DNA from: a virus
IMG/VR virus record: IMGVR_UViG_3300036790_000811
Coordinates: 12,490 to 76,489 of that record
Reading direction: 5' to 3' (one strand)
Length of the DNA stretch: 64,000 nucleotides
In this document: piece after piece, positions 9,301-18,671 of the stretch
Layout of the letters: every line of letters starts with the position of its first letter
Numbering within the stretch: the stretch's first letter is position 1
Made by a program: the position numbers and the translations under genes
The notes under the pieces: model-generated
Database searches by the model: none
What the model was told of the DNA's origin: nothing
What the model saw: the letters and a program-made list of their open reading frames with translations, nothing else

Positions 9301-11525
9301 CCGTGGACCGGGCCACCGATTTCGTTCTGAAGGACGAAGAGGACATCTTTGAGCCGATCGTGGCCAAGGCACAGCAGTGGCCGGGCTGGGAGCGCGATCT
9401 CGGGCTCGTCGGTGCCTATAAGCAGCAGATTGAGGGAGCCTTTGCCGTTGCCCAGGCCAAGGGTGAGCAACTGCGCCACAAGGCGGCCAACGGGGGCATG
9501 TTCGTCTCCAGCTCTGCCCTGCGGGGACTCATTTCGGATGAGATGCATGACACTTTCCTGGGGGTTCTCCAGCCTCTGTGGAGCGAAGCGTGGCACCTCG
9601 GTTACGAGGCGGCCAAATCTCTGGTCACGGGCCAGGACGCGGACTTCGCCGTCAAGCACGAGAGCGGTGCGCTCGACGGGTTTATCGACACCCAGGGCGC
9701 TCACTGGGCGGAACAGATCGCCCGGACCGGCCTGAAGAACGAGAACGCCCGGACTGAGGCTATCGCCCGGACCGAAATAGCCCGCGCCGTGAACGCGGCG
9801 GCCATCCAGGCGTACCGGGACTACGGTGTCACCCACAAGCAGCTCATGCTTGCTCCTGATGACGCCTGCGACATCTGCAAGGATGCCGAGGATGAGGGTG
9901 TCATCCCGCTGGACGCGATCTTTCCTCAGGGAGGTCTTGGCGGTCCACTTCATGTTTCGTGCCGATGTGTCCCTGTCGCCGCCGGGATCGAGTTGGAGCC
10001 TCCGCAGGGACATCTCGGCAAGAGCCTTCTCGGGGATCTGGCTGCATCCGGTCCCTTTCCTTCCAGTGGGCCCGATCACCCCTACAGGCAGGACGGGCAG
10101 TCCGGAGCTGGCAACTGCGAGTGCGGTCATGCCGCAAGTGCACACGAAGATAAGTCCCGGCTTGCTTGGCTGCTGATGCGCGCCCGGGATGATGACGGCA
10201 AGTACCGCTTCCTGCTCCAGCAGCGGGACGACGGCACCTGGGGTATGCCCGGCGGCACGACTCACGTCGGGGAAGATCCGTGGGACGCCGCTATCCGCGA
10301 GTGTACGGAAGAAGTCGGGGACCTTCCGGGCATGACCGTGGCCGCCACGTTCCACCACGAGGAAGACAATGGCGCTCGCGCCTACGTCTGGATGGTGGAC
10401 GTTCCCTATTTCCAGCCGAAGATGAACGGCTCGACTCCCGAGGAGACCCAGGGTGTCGCCTGGTTCCGGCGCAAGGAGATCGACAAGCTTAACCTGACCG
10501 GAAAGTTCCGCGAAGACTGGGAGCAGACGCCCGATATCCGGGAGTACGCCACCAAGAACCAGAACATGGTGAACGAATCCGGTGAGCGACTGGCGATCGT
10601 GGACTCCCAGGCACCGCTGCACGCTTCGGGAGCGCGGTGGCCCTACCCGAACCGGTCGCCGAACGGCTTTCCGATCGAGGACCCGCACTACAACCAGGCA
10701 CCGGGCGAAATGGGAGCCAGCGAGCCTCCCCGCAAGGACCTGGACAGCGATACCCCGACCCGGCTGTACCCCAGGGGTACCGAAGACGAGAAATTCCCGC
10801 CCAGGAGGGGAAAGGGCAAGCCCGCCAAGAAGTTCCCGGAGCAGGGCGACGAACAGTGGCCCGAGACCGAGAACGGCGGAGCGCAATCATCGTCCGCTCA
10901 GGTAGGGGGCAATACGGGAGTCCCGAAAGCGGGTCCCGTGCCGGCGGTAGGGAGCGTCCCGGCGAAGACGCCGACTCCGATGGCGCCCCGGAGTGTTCCT
11001 CCGCAGGTTTACGATCCCGCTGACGCGGTGGCGACGGAAGAAGACGGGGAAATCGCGTACTACCCCCAGCCGAAGCCGAAGAAGGGAAAGGGTGCCGCGA
11101 ATTACACGGACCCTTCTCCGGTGGACGCCGAGCACGTATACGTTCAGCTCGCCAGGAATTTCCCACCAAAAGCTATTGCCTGGGTTCAGCGAGCTCGATG
11201 GATCGGCCCCATCTGGATTCCGTGGGATCGGATTGATACTGACGACCAGGATGAATGGGCCGCCTCCCACCAGCCTGAGCACGTGAAAGATTTCATGCGC
11301 CAGATCAAGGATCATGACGGCCGGATCGTCCCGTCGGTCCTGGTTCAGGAGCCAGACGGCGGAAAGGCGTTCATCGTAGACGGTCATCACCGTGCTCTCG
11401 CCCGGGAAAAGCTGGAGCAGCCGGTGCTCGCTTATCTCGGGACGATTAACCCGGATGATCGGCAGGCGGCACTGGAAACCCATAGCGCCCAGGTTCATCA
11501 CGGTGCCGACCATGACAATAACTGA
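6378..11525 (+). CDS. Portal protein (intein-containing) fused to MuF/gp7 head morphogenesis, Nudix and ParB-like domains
   Basis: Portal-like YGFPPIE…F.EG.VP…F…PAELG; MuF IARTE…CDIC…PLHVSCRC; Nudix box GGTTHVGEDPWDAAIRECTEEVG; ParB IVDGHHR; AAGGAG RBS. Confidence 0.9.
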   Translation: MADKRRVAAALKSIPGARPTMAPQSSGYGSASPIAAMMNQQNQFANSYGPFLPRPSQVFTDGAFGPMSPIQPVPVDNPPPGGEFADPRSWEYRVGWNLPTPPGTEGLKLASFQQLKTLSEKYCLAPETRVLCSDFTWRQLSDISVGDELIAFDEDPPARGLHRKMRFATVTAYDRITRPCYRVTLTDGRTVVASAEHLWLAGRDKADGSCACEICGKQFGRAQGLGVHRRQVHDIEGQWKHNNFGAWTVTAQLRPGSTIRDLGSPWEEDFSREAGYLSGVYDGEASLNIANGNHKGWGIGFPQNAGPVFDEVEAILKRKEYGFRIHGPGINDSCKHITISGMRDCFRFMGEMRPLRLLGNARKWIEGNSPSRAGCATVESVEFLGEREVIAAGTSTSTLIAEGLFSHNSVARACIDLRQQEIRGLEWEITMTKEAAKAYQNSHARMKDFGVRAAEATKFFKRPDPDYWTFSSFMNAMLEEIFVYDALSVIFRPKYGAKFGRGGRGLLGSDLDSLRLISGPTIRPLVDLHGNIPKAPGTPAYQQYLYGVPRSDYMSILRGDDIAGTVLAGSEYNEFTADLMLYAPYWPRRETPYGFPPIERALLPVIAGLQKQEYQLDFFSEGSVPAVYISPGDPNITPTQIKELQDALNGIAGDPAYHMKVVVLPPGSKVEPQKPVDLADSFDLLVQTQVCMAFDCQPAELGILPNVGSNQGGGGASAGAIRLGMQEARDIKSRKSTKPTLHFIASIFNYILQDVCGQKDMKFTFEGLADDEDQQAITDLGVQQVQNGIASIDEVRDRLDLPPWGLSETSEPVVFTAQGPIPFSMAPQLIANMQGQNGGSSSSGNSNNGTQSSNSGQRTSSSRTRTNQPSVRAGGQTKPNGSHQAPIAPHRESLTPAHSAASGAVQSPTPRTGGTPSRSSVAGSRKKAVEAEFGALKRHLRKGRLITTWETRHIPERSLSMISEDIANGLLIDSAVDRATDFVLKDEEDIFEPIVAKAQQWPGWERDLGLVGAYKQQIEGAFAVAQAKGEQLRHKAANGGMFVSSSALRGLISDEMHDTFLGVLQPLWSEAWHLGYEAAKSLVTGQDADFAVKHESGALDGFIDTQGAHWAEQIARTGLKNENARTEAIARTEIARAVNAAAIQAYRDYGVTHKQLMLAPDDACDICKDAEDEGVIPLDAIFPQGGLGGPLHVSCRCVPVAAGIELEPPQGHLGKSLLGDLAASGPFPSSGPDHPYRQDGQSGAGNCECGHAASAHEDKSRLAWLLMRARDDDGKYRFLLQQRDDGTWGMPGGTTHVGEDPWDAAIRECTEEVGDLPGMTVAATFHHEEDNGARAYVWMVDVPYFQPKMNGSTPEETQGVAWFRRKEIDKLNLTGKFREDWEQTPDIREYATKNQNMVNESGERLAIVDSQAPLHASGARWPYPNRSPNGFPIEDPHYNQAPGEMGASEPPRKDLDSDTPTRLYPRGTEDEKFPPRRGKGKPAKKFPEQGDEQWPETENGGAQSSSAQVGGNTGVPKAGPVPAVGSVPAKTPTPMAPRSVPPQVYDPADAVATEEDGEIAYYPQPKPKKGKGAANYTDPSPVDAEHVYVQLARNFPPKAIAWVQRARWIGPIWIPWDRIDTDDQDEWAASHQPEHVKDFMRQIKDHDGRIVPSVLVQEPDGGKAFIVDGHHRALAREKLEQPVLAYLGTINPDDRQAALETHSAQVHHGADHDNN
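6744..7601 (+). mobile_element. Intein (286 aa) with a LAGLIDADG endonuclease and an inserted C2H2 zinc finger
   Basis: Starts Y|CLAPETRV, block B ASAEHLW, LSGVYDGEAS, ends FSHN|S; AT-richer than the flanking exteins. Confidence 0.93.
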
Positions 11526-12076
11526 GAAGCTCCTGCTTCCAGATAGTCCACCATGGCCTGCAGTCTTTTGATGTCATCTTTTACCCATCCAAGAATCAGG
11601 TTGCAGTCTTTACAGAGAAGGCCTCGAATCTTTCCTGACTCATGGCAGTGGTCGATCGACATCCTGGCGGTCTTATTGCCGCATATGTCGCAACCATCTC
11701 CAGCTCGGCGCCGCGCCTCTACCTTGAGCCCGTCTGGGCCATAGATTCGGCGTACACGTGCGACTCGCTGGTTTTGGAGACTGCGTTCTTTGTTTGCGTG
11801 ATGCCACTCCAGGGAGTTCTTGGACATGCATCGTTTACAGATGCGCTGTCGTTTGTCCCGGTAACGTATGTTTTTCCCGAATCCTTCAATCGGTTTTTCT
11901 TCGTCGCATCGAGTGCACGTTCGCTTGGTGTCGCCTAGCACCACGGGCGCCGGGGCTCTAGAGATGAACACGTCCCCATATGTCATGAATCTTCGATAGT
12001 GGAGTCGGCAGTAGCCCCTCGCGACGTGCGGCCGAACGCAGTCGGGGACATCGCATTTCCTTTCTTTTGGTGTCAT
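11498..12076 (-). mobile_element. Free-standing endonuclease VII-type HNH homing endonuclease (antisense)
   Basis: CDICG…IDHCHESGKIRGLLCKDCN; N-terminal C..DC…ARGYCRLHY; leaderless TAAGAT -10 box. Confidence 0.92.
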
Positions 12077-12113
12077 AAATTCAATCTTAGCAAAGAAGGT
12101 GAGGTGATGTAGG

Positions 12114-12436
12114 ATGGTCGAGAAGTCTGAGCAGACTCCGACGCTTAGCAGCGAGCATCACCCTCTCGGAAGGGAGGGCTTGTGGCGCACTCCAAGTAAG
12201 CGCGTTCCGGAGAAACAGCAGCTTCCGGCTTATTTAACATCCAGAACATCGCCCGCGCCCTCATGAGAGACCAGGGCATGGATGAATCGCAGGCCATCGC
12301 CACTGCCGTCAATGCGGTGAAGCGCTGGGCGCAGGGCCATCTCGGGGAAGGCGGAGGCCAGGTGCACCCTGAAGTGGTAGCCGCCTCCCGTGCTGCGCTT
12401 GACGAATGGCGCAAGCTCCGGGAAGAACATCAGTGA
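12114..12436 (+). CDS. Head-associated protein split by a frame change at TAT-TTA-AC (12231-12238)
   Basis: Frame 0 MVEKSEQ…KQQLPAY continues in the -1/+2 frame as IQNIARALMRDQGMDESQAIATAVNAVKRWA…EWRKLREEHQ*; strong RBS GAGGTGA. Confidence 0.75.
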
Positions 12437-12648
12437 AGCGCCACACTAAGCAGATCCGCAAGCGCCGGGAACGAGCCGAACGCGCGTTGATCGAACTCGC
12501 TCTCGCGCTTGACAAATGTGATTCTCTCGGGGTAAAACTTGAACATGGAATAGCCGTGTCCAGATACGGTTATGTGATCCCGTTCAAGAAAGGCTGGGGC
12601 GTCCGCATGATGGCGGAGTCCGGCCGCGACGAAGACTACTTCGACTAA
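12433..12648 (+). CDS. Hypothetical protein
   Basis: GTG overlapping the previous stop (GTGA). Confidence 0.65.
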   Translation: MKRHTKQIRKRRERAERALIELALALDKCDSLGVKLEHGIAVSRYGYVIPFKKGWGVRMMAESGRDEDYFD

Positions 12649-12657
12649 TGACTTTCC

Positions 12658-12679
12658 AGCCCGCTTTGCGGGCTTTTTT
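12658..12679 (+). terminator. Rho-independent terminator
   Basis: AGCCCGC-TTT-GCGGGCT followed by a T run. Confidence 0.75.
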
Positions 12680-12702
12680 GATGCCCGTACCCATGGAGGC
12701 GT

Positions 12703-15486
12703 GTGGCTGCCACTCTGACTAATGACAACGAGATCCTCTACAGCAGCTTCCCGATCGAGAAGACCGAGACGACTGAAGACGGGGACCTGATTGTCTACGG
12801 CAAGGCGTCAGACGGCGGCCTGGACTCCGACAGTCAGATCGTAGATCCCAAGTGGATGGCGAAGGCGGCTCAGGAATGGCTGAGTACGGGCGGCAATCTT
12901 CGGGTGCAGCACTCGGCGCAGCGCGATCCTGCCGGGGTTGGCCTGGAAGCCACAACCGACGACTCAGGGAGTACGTGGGTTAAGGGGCTTGTTGTCGAGC
13001 CGGTTGCCCAGAAGCTTGTCAGCAAGGGCGCACTTCGTGCTTACTCGGTGGGTATTGCCCGTCCGACTATTACGCGAGACGCTTCTGCCCCGGGAGGCCG
13101 GATCATCGGCGGCGAGCTCGTAGAAATTTCGCTTGTAGACAGGCCCGCTAACAAGCGATGCGGAATCCAGCTCGTGAAGTCCGCGAGTGACGGTACTCCT
13201 GAATATGTCGGTGAGGTCTTCGGCTCCGAGGAGGACATCTCCAAGGCCCTGGGCGCGGATACCGTCAAGAACTACGACGCTGACGGGGAAGTCCCCGAGT
13301 CTTCCATTCCGCTGGCACAGGACACGGTGTTCTCGTTCACGCCGAACGACCTGGCGAAGATCGTCAAGTCTAAGGTCATCGAGGAACACTACGCCGAGCT
13401 GGCGATGAAGGCCATCGGTGATGCGGAATACGAAATTCTCGGTAAGGATCACCGCGAGTTCACCACTGATCGCCGCAAGGATCTTGCCGGACAGGGCAAT
13501 GCCCTTCCGGATGGCAGTTACCCCATTCCCGATAAGGACGCCCTTCGTCGTGCCGCCATCCTGGCGCGCTCCGGGCACGGAAACGCAGCGGCAGCGCGCC
13601 GCCTGATTGCCCGTAGGGCGAAGGAGCTTGGTGTGGCAAATCCGCTCGACGCGGACGACAAGGTCAAGAACGAGGATGTGACGACCGCCCCCGTGGCTGA
13701 GCCGGAGGTTCCCAAGGAGGCGGACGCGGACGTCACGAAGGACCCCGCCGACGGTGACGGTCCCGGCCCGGTGGACAAGAAGAAGCCGAAGAAGGGCAAG
13801 AACGGGAAGCCCCTTCCGCCCTGGCTCCAGGACAACAAGGGCAACTCCAAGTCCGGTGACTCGCCGTCGAACAAGCAGGACAACTCCGGTGACGGGGATG
13901 ACGCTGACGACGATGACGACGACAAGAAAGACATGGACTGCAAGCTCCAGCACACTCACACCGAGAAGTGCCACCCGAGCGGCACTCCGCAGAGCACCTC
14001 TGGCGCCAAGGACTCTCCCCCGATGAAGGAGATCCCGGACCCGGGCGCGGCGGAGTACACCCCCATGCCTGCCGGGCGGGCGACAGAACACCACAAGGGC
14101 GCCAACCCGGAGCAGGTCGCACTCATGCGCTTCAAGAGCGTGGGCATGGATCCCGACCTCGGCCGTCTTCACGACCTGACCTGTGCCGCGTTCCACCCGG
14201 AGGACGTCGCCAAGTATCACCCGTTCGCGGATTTCGCTTCCACGATCGACACCGGGGTCTGGCAGCGCAAGGCCGTAGACGCGGCCTGCGGCCCGCTGGA
14301 CCAGGCGATGGCGATGACCCAGGTGTGGCAGGCGGCGGAGACGCTCAAGGGCGCCGACCTGGCTGACCTCAACGACTACCGGCTGGCGCTGCACAAGGCG
14401 TTCCGGGACGCGAATCCCGGGCCGTCCAGCTATCCGTCGCCGGGCTCCATTTCGCCGGACCGTTACAACCGGCCGCTGATCACGGACGGGCACGAGACGT
14501 CGTCGCCCGGACATGACGGACCGAACTCCTCTCCCGACGTCGCTTCGCACGCGCCGTCCGGCGGGGACCATTTCGACCGCCCCCCGCTGGGGGAGGGTCA
14601 TCAGTCGCCGTCCCCCTCGTTCATGAAGGGCGGCTTCCCGTACCCGACTGAGCAGGGCGTGCCGACCAAGGTCCCCTTCGCCCACGCCGAGAAGGAGCGC
14701 GCCCGTCAGGCTCTGAGCCTGATGCACGATCATCTCGCCCGGATGTTCCCGAGTGCCTGCCCCATGCATGAGCAGGACCCTCACCGCGTTGACCAGCGCC
14801 CGGCGGTGCCGGAGCCGGTCGGCAAGACGGTAGAGCCGGAGGCTCAGGCCGAAGCGGTGAGCAAGTCCGAGACTCCCGGGAACGTCTTCAAGGCGGAAGT
14901 CGGCGACGACGAGGTCATCAAGGGCATTCGCAAGAAGCTGGCCAAGAAGGTTCTGAGCGGCAAGCTGACCGTGGACGAGGCGCGCGCCAAGCTGGGCCGC
15001 GCTCGTGCCCAGAAGTCTGACGAGCCCGACGAGAACGTCGTCAAGGGCCTGTTCGAGACCGGGAAGATCACCCGGGAAGAGGCGCTCAAGCAGCTGGGAC
15101 TCCAGGAGCCGGCGGCTCCCGCTCCCGCTGTCAAGGCAGCCGTCCCCGACGTCCCGACTCTTACCCCGGACATCATCAAGTCCGCGATTACGGAGGCTAT
15201 CGCCCCGATCGCGCAGGAGCTGGCCAAGGCCAGGGAAACGATCGATGAGCAGCAGAAGGCTCTCGACGTCCTGGCTGACCAGCCCGACCCGAGCACCGCC
15301 GCGTTTGCTGGAATCGCGGTGAATAAGTCGAGTCGCCCGGCGGGCGTCCCGACCCAGGCTGAGATCGCGGAGCGAACTCAGACGATGGTTATGCGGCAGC
15401 TCGACAGGGCTTACCGCACCAGCGAGAACCCCGCAGAGCGGGAAGCCGCCTTCCAGGCGCTTAGCAAGTACCGCGCATTTGAGTAA
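12703..15486 (+). CDS. Capsid maturation protease fused to a scaffold/accessory region
   Basis: HK97-type protease motifs (LRVQHS, AYSVGI, ELVEISLVDRPAN); ALPDGSYPI domain; coiled-coil C-terminus; directly before the capsid gene. Confidence 0.9.
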   Translation: MAATLTNDNEILYSSFPIEKTETTEDGDLIVYGKASDGGLDSDSQIVDPKWMAKAAQEWLSTGGNLRVQHSAQRDPAGVGLEATTDDSGSTWVKGLVVEPVAQKLVSKGALRAYSVGIARPTITRDASAPGGRIIGGELVEISLVDRPANKRCGIQLVKSASDGTPEYVGEVFGSEEDISKALGADTVKNYDADGEVPESSIPLAQDTVFSFTPNDLAKIVKSKVIEEHYAELAMKAIGDAEYEILGKDHREFTTDRRKDLAGQGNALPDGSYPIPDKDALRRAAILARSGHGNAAAARRLIARRAKELGVANPLDADDKVKNEDVTTAPVAEPEVPKEADADVTKDPADGDGPGPVDKKKPKKGKNGKPLPPWLQDNKGNSKSGDSPSNKQDNSGDGDDADDDDDDKKDMDCKLQHTHTEKCHPSGTPQSTSGAKDSPPMKEIPDPGAAEYTPMPAGRATEHHKGANPEQVALMRFKSVGMDPDLGRLHDLTCAAFHPEDVAKYHPFADFASTIDTGVWQRKAVDAACGPLDQAMAMTQVWQAAETLKGADLADLNDYRLALHKAFRDANPGPSSYPSPGSISPDRYNRPLITDGHETSSPGHDGPNSSPDVASHAPSGGDHFDRPPLGEGHQSPSPSFMKGGFPYPTEQGVPTKVPFAHAEKERARQALSLMHDHLARMFPSACPMHEQDPHRVDQRPAVPEPVGKTVEPEAQAEAVSKSETPGNVFKAEVGDDEVIKGIRKKLAKKVLSGKLTVDEARAKLGRARAQKSDEPDENVVKGLFETGKITREEALKQLGLQEPAAPAPAVKAAVPDVPTLTPDIIKSAITEAIAPIAQELAKARETIDEQQKALDVLADQPDPSTAAFAGIAVNKSSRPAGVPTQAEIAERTQTMVMRQLDRAYRTSENPAEREAAFQALSKYRAFE

Positions 15487-15519
15487 TAGCTCCGCAAAGA
15501 TCTTCAGTTTGGAGGAAGT

Positions 15520-17382
15520 GTGGCAGAAATTGTCACTGAGGCGGTTAACGCTGCGCAAAATGTGCGCGAGCAGGATGCCGCCCAGGCCCGTCGTAGCACC
15601 TATGAGGGCATGTTCACGTCCAAGGCCAAGAACCTCGTCAAGGGTGCCGGTCACGTCTCTAACGGCGGCGTGCCGCTGGACGACGTCACCCACGCCGGCG
15701 AGATCCTGACCAAGTCTCACCAGGCGATCCTGAGTACCCGGGCGGCCACTGCCGAAGGTGTCAACAACACCGACTCGGTCGTCAACCGGATCTCCGGCGA
15801 CTTCTGGGCCAGCCGCCAGGCCGGCGGCATCAAGCACATGGCCAAGCGCGACAGCGACATCCGCAAGTCGTTCACGGCCGGCAACCTCGGGCAGAACGGG
15901 GTTCCTTACGGCCTGGTCCCGTTCGACCTGCTTGCGCCTTCCCGCCTGATCTACCCGGTCTACACCCTCTTCCGGAACAAGTTCCCGCGTCCCGCCGGAC
16001 AGGGCGCCTCGCGCCAGGTTTACGGCCTGCTGGGCATCTCCGGTTCGCAGACCGGCGGACAGGGTGTCGTTGACATCTCCATCCCGGAGCTTGTTTCCGG
16101 CTCGAACGCCAACATGGGTACCTGGCCCCTGAACATCCCCAAGACCGGGTCGCAGACCGAGTACAAGCTCAACGTTCCCTATCGCTTCTTCGGCCTGTCC
16201 GAGTCCCTGAGCTGGCTCGCCCAGTTCGAGGGCCAGGGCTTCGAGGACATCAGCGCGCTGGCCAACCTGGTTCTGCTTCAGGAAATGATGCTGGGCGAGG
16301 AATACCAGATGATCGCGGGCTCCTCGCAGAGTCTCCCCGTTCCCGGCGCCCCCACTCTGGTCGCCCGTACGGCGGGATCGAACGAGACCCAGTTGAACGG
16401 CGGCACGGGCGCGACCCTGTATGTCAAGGTCACGGCGTTGAACTACTTCGGCGAGACGACGGCGGTTACAGGCGCGAACGTCGCGTTCCTGGCTGGTCAG
16501 GTCGTAGACGTTGCCATCTCTCCCGTCGCCGGGGCGCAGCAGTACAACGTTTACGCCTCCACCTCCAGTGCGGCAACGGCCGGTATCCAGGTCGGTACGA
16601 CCGTGCAGGCTGGCGTGACCTATCAGGGTCTCCAGTCGGCCAACTCGGTCGGCGGTACCCGAATCACTCTTCAGGGCGCCGTTAACACTTCCGGTCAGGT
16701 GGTTCCGACTGTTGACTCCGGCACTGGTTCCAGCCAGCGCATGGAGGGTCTCATCCCGACCTTGTCGGGCCTGTCGTCCACCGGTTCTGGTCCTTACGCC
16801 AACGTGGGCTTCGAGTCCTCGGGCGTCTGGAAGGGCGGCTACGTCAACCAGAACGTCGGCACCCACCTGAGCACCAACGCGATCTTCACCGCGCTGGACG
16901 CCCTGTGGGAGAACAACGGCATGAACAACGTCAGCCCGGGTTCCTACAAGGCGGACCCGAGTGAGATCGTTGCCGACGGCGGCGACCTCATGCGGCTGGC
17001 GAACGACATGCTGCTCCAGGGCGCCGGCATGAACTACCTGCTCAACATCTCCCAGGACCAGATCTCTGGCATCCGGGCCGGTGCTGCGGTGGCGGAGTTC
17101 GTGAACCCGGTGACGCGCTCCACGGTCAAGCTCACGGTCCACCCGTGGATGACCCAGGGCACGGCACTGCTGATGTCCTACCAGCTCCCGCAGACGTGGT
17201 CTCACGTTGACAATGCGTGGGAGATGACCGTCGTTCAGGATTATACGTCTTGCGCGTGGCCCGTCATTGACGCTACGTTCCGGTACAGCATCTTCTTGCT
17301 CGGCAGCCTCGTTGCCCATGCCCCCTTCTACTCGGGCATCCTTTCCGGGCTTCAGGTAAGCGACACGACCCCGTACTCCTGA
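15520..17382 (+). CDS. Major capsid protein with an inserted Ig/FN3-like domain
   Basis: Position after the protease; strongly biased codons; insertion PGAPTL…YVKVTALNYFGET…YNVY; hairpin downstream. Confidence 0.88.
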   Translation: MAEIVTEAVNAAQNVREQDAAQARRSTYEGMFTSKAKNLVKGAGHVSNGGVPLDDVTHAGEILTKSHQAILSTRAATAEGVNNTDSVVNRISGDFWASRQAGGIKHMAKRDSDIRKSFTAGNLGQNGVPYGLVPFDLLAPSRLIYPVYTLFRNKFPRPAGQGASRQVYGLLGISGSQTGGQGVVDISIPELVSGSNANMGTWPLNIPKTGSQTEYKLNVPYRFFGLSESLSWLAQFEGQGFEDISALANLVLLQEMMLGEEYQMIAGSSQSLPVPGAPTLVARTAGSNETQLNGGTGATLYVKVTALNYFGETTAVTGANVAFLAGQVVDVAISPVAGAQQYNVYASTSSAATAGIQVGTTVQAGVTYQGLQSANSVGGTRITLQGAVNTSGQVVPTVDSGTGSSQRMEGLIPTLSGLSSTGSGPYANVGFESSGVWKGGYVNQNVGTHLSTNAIFTALDALWENNGMNNVSPGSYKADPSEIVADGGDLMRLANDMLLQGAGMNYLLNISQDQISGIRAGAAVAEFVNPVTRSTVKLTVHPWMTQGTALLMSYQLPQTWSHVDNAWEMTVVQDYTSCAWPVIDATFRYSIFLLGSLVAHAPFYSGILSGLQVSDTTPYS

Positions 17383-17441
17383 CCTAGTAAAAGGCATTTT
17401 TCGAACAGTTGAACACTTTCGATACGATGTCTTTCTCCTAG

Positions 17442-17479
17442 CCTTCGGTCCCCAGTTTAATCTAGCCGGGGACCGAAGG
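17442..17479 (+). terminator. Hairpin or terminator after the capsid gene
   Basis: CCTTCGGTCCCC…GGGGACCGAAGG 12-bp inverted repeat. Confidence 0.65.
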
Positions 17480-17489
17480 ATGTCAGGAC

Positions 17490-17519
17490 TTGACCTACCC
17501 ACCAATCAGATGCTACGTT
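17490..17519 (+). promoter_or_regulatory. Leaderless promoter of the LAGLIDADG gene
   Basis: TTGACC-18 nt-TACGTT, 6 nt before ATG 17526; no SD. Confidence 0.6.
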
Positions 17520-17525
17520 TAGAAC

Positions 17526-18629
17526 ATGGCGAAGCATCTGACAGAAGATCAGAAGAAGTACGTCCTTCAGCGTTACAACGAGGGCACCTCACTCCGCGCG
17601 ATCGGCAGGGAGATTGAGCGTCCTGACATCACCGTGCGCCGGACCCTGGAATCCATGGGCGTGGAGTTCGGTGTTGCCCGGACCACAAACAAGCGGTCCT
17701 CGCCCGAGACTGAGGCTCTCGTTGTTCGGCTTTACGACGAGGGCACGACTTGGGCGCTCATCATGGAGCAGGCGTACATCACCGACGTCACTGTCTCCAA
17801 GATCCTCAAGCGTAACGGTCGTGATCTGACTCGCCAGGGAACGACTGAGGGCGAAGAGGAGATCATCAGTGCTCTCTATGCGGCAGGTCATAGCGCCCGC
17901 CATATCGGGGAGAAGCTCGGGCACAGCAAGACCACGATCGTCCGTAGTATCGTTACCAATGGTGGCAAGATCCGGATCGCCGGATGCGAGTACCCGGACT
18001 ATTTTGACGTGGTGGACACTCCCGAGAAGGCGTACTGGCTCGGGTTTATCGCTGCCGATGGCTGCATGATAACCACGGCAGGACATCCCGAAGGGGACCA
18101 TCTCGCGATTCAGCTAGCCATCGTTGATCGCGATCATCTGGCTAAGCTGAAGAAGGTTCTCGGAGCCCAGGCGGCGATTCTCACGGGCGCCAACACGGGC
18201 TTCGGGAATGGCACTCAGCGTCGCGCAAGTCTCACGGTCGGCTCTCGGAGACTTGCCATGGCTCTCATTGCTCTCGGCATCACGCCCCGCAAGAGTGCTA
18301 CCGCCGAACCTTGGAACGGTCCTGCTGACCTCATGCCGCACTACTGGCGAGGCATGGTTGACGGCGACGGCTCCATTGCCCGTAAGGGCGACGGACTCTG
18401 GACCCTCTTCCTCTGTGGCTCCGAGGCATGTGTTCGCGCGTTTACCGCATGGGCGCACGACGTCTGCGGGACGAACGCGACGCCCTACTTCAAGTCCGGC
18501 TGCTGGTACGTCTCCATCGCCGGGCGATACCAAGTGCGCAAGCTCGTTGCCGCACTGTACGAAAACGTTCCCGTCTCGCTTGACCGCAAGCAGGAGCGGG
18601 CTAATGCCGTACTTGCGGCAGGAAACTAG
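17526..18629 (+). mobile_element. Free-standing LAGLIDADG homing endonuclease with N-terminal HTH repeats
   Basis: YWLGFIAADG and YWRGMVDGDG motifs; three HTH-like repeats. Confidence 0.92.
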
Positions 18630-18671
18630 CGGCATACGCCGCAATCTTCACAAGACAACAAAGGAGCAAGT

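Noticed and set aside
11498-12110. Group I/II introns around the antisense endonuclease genes
   Set aside because: The inserts lie between genes, the ORFs fill nearly the entire insert, and there is no room for a ribozyme core.
12964-17505. Very long minus-strand ORFs (also 1248-2969, 9132-10886, 26196-28208, 30635-32104, 33113-37801, 40426-42567)
   Set aside because: They are shadow frames of GC-rich plus-strand genes with clear motifs, and have no RBS or recognisable domains.
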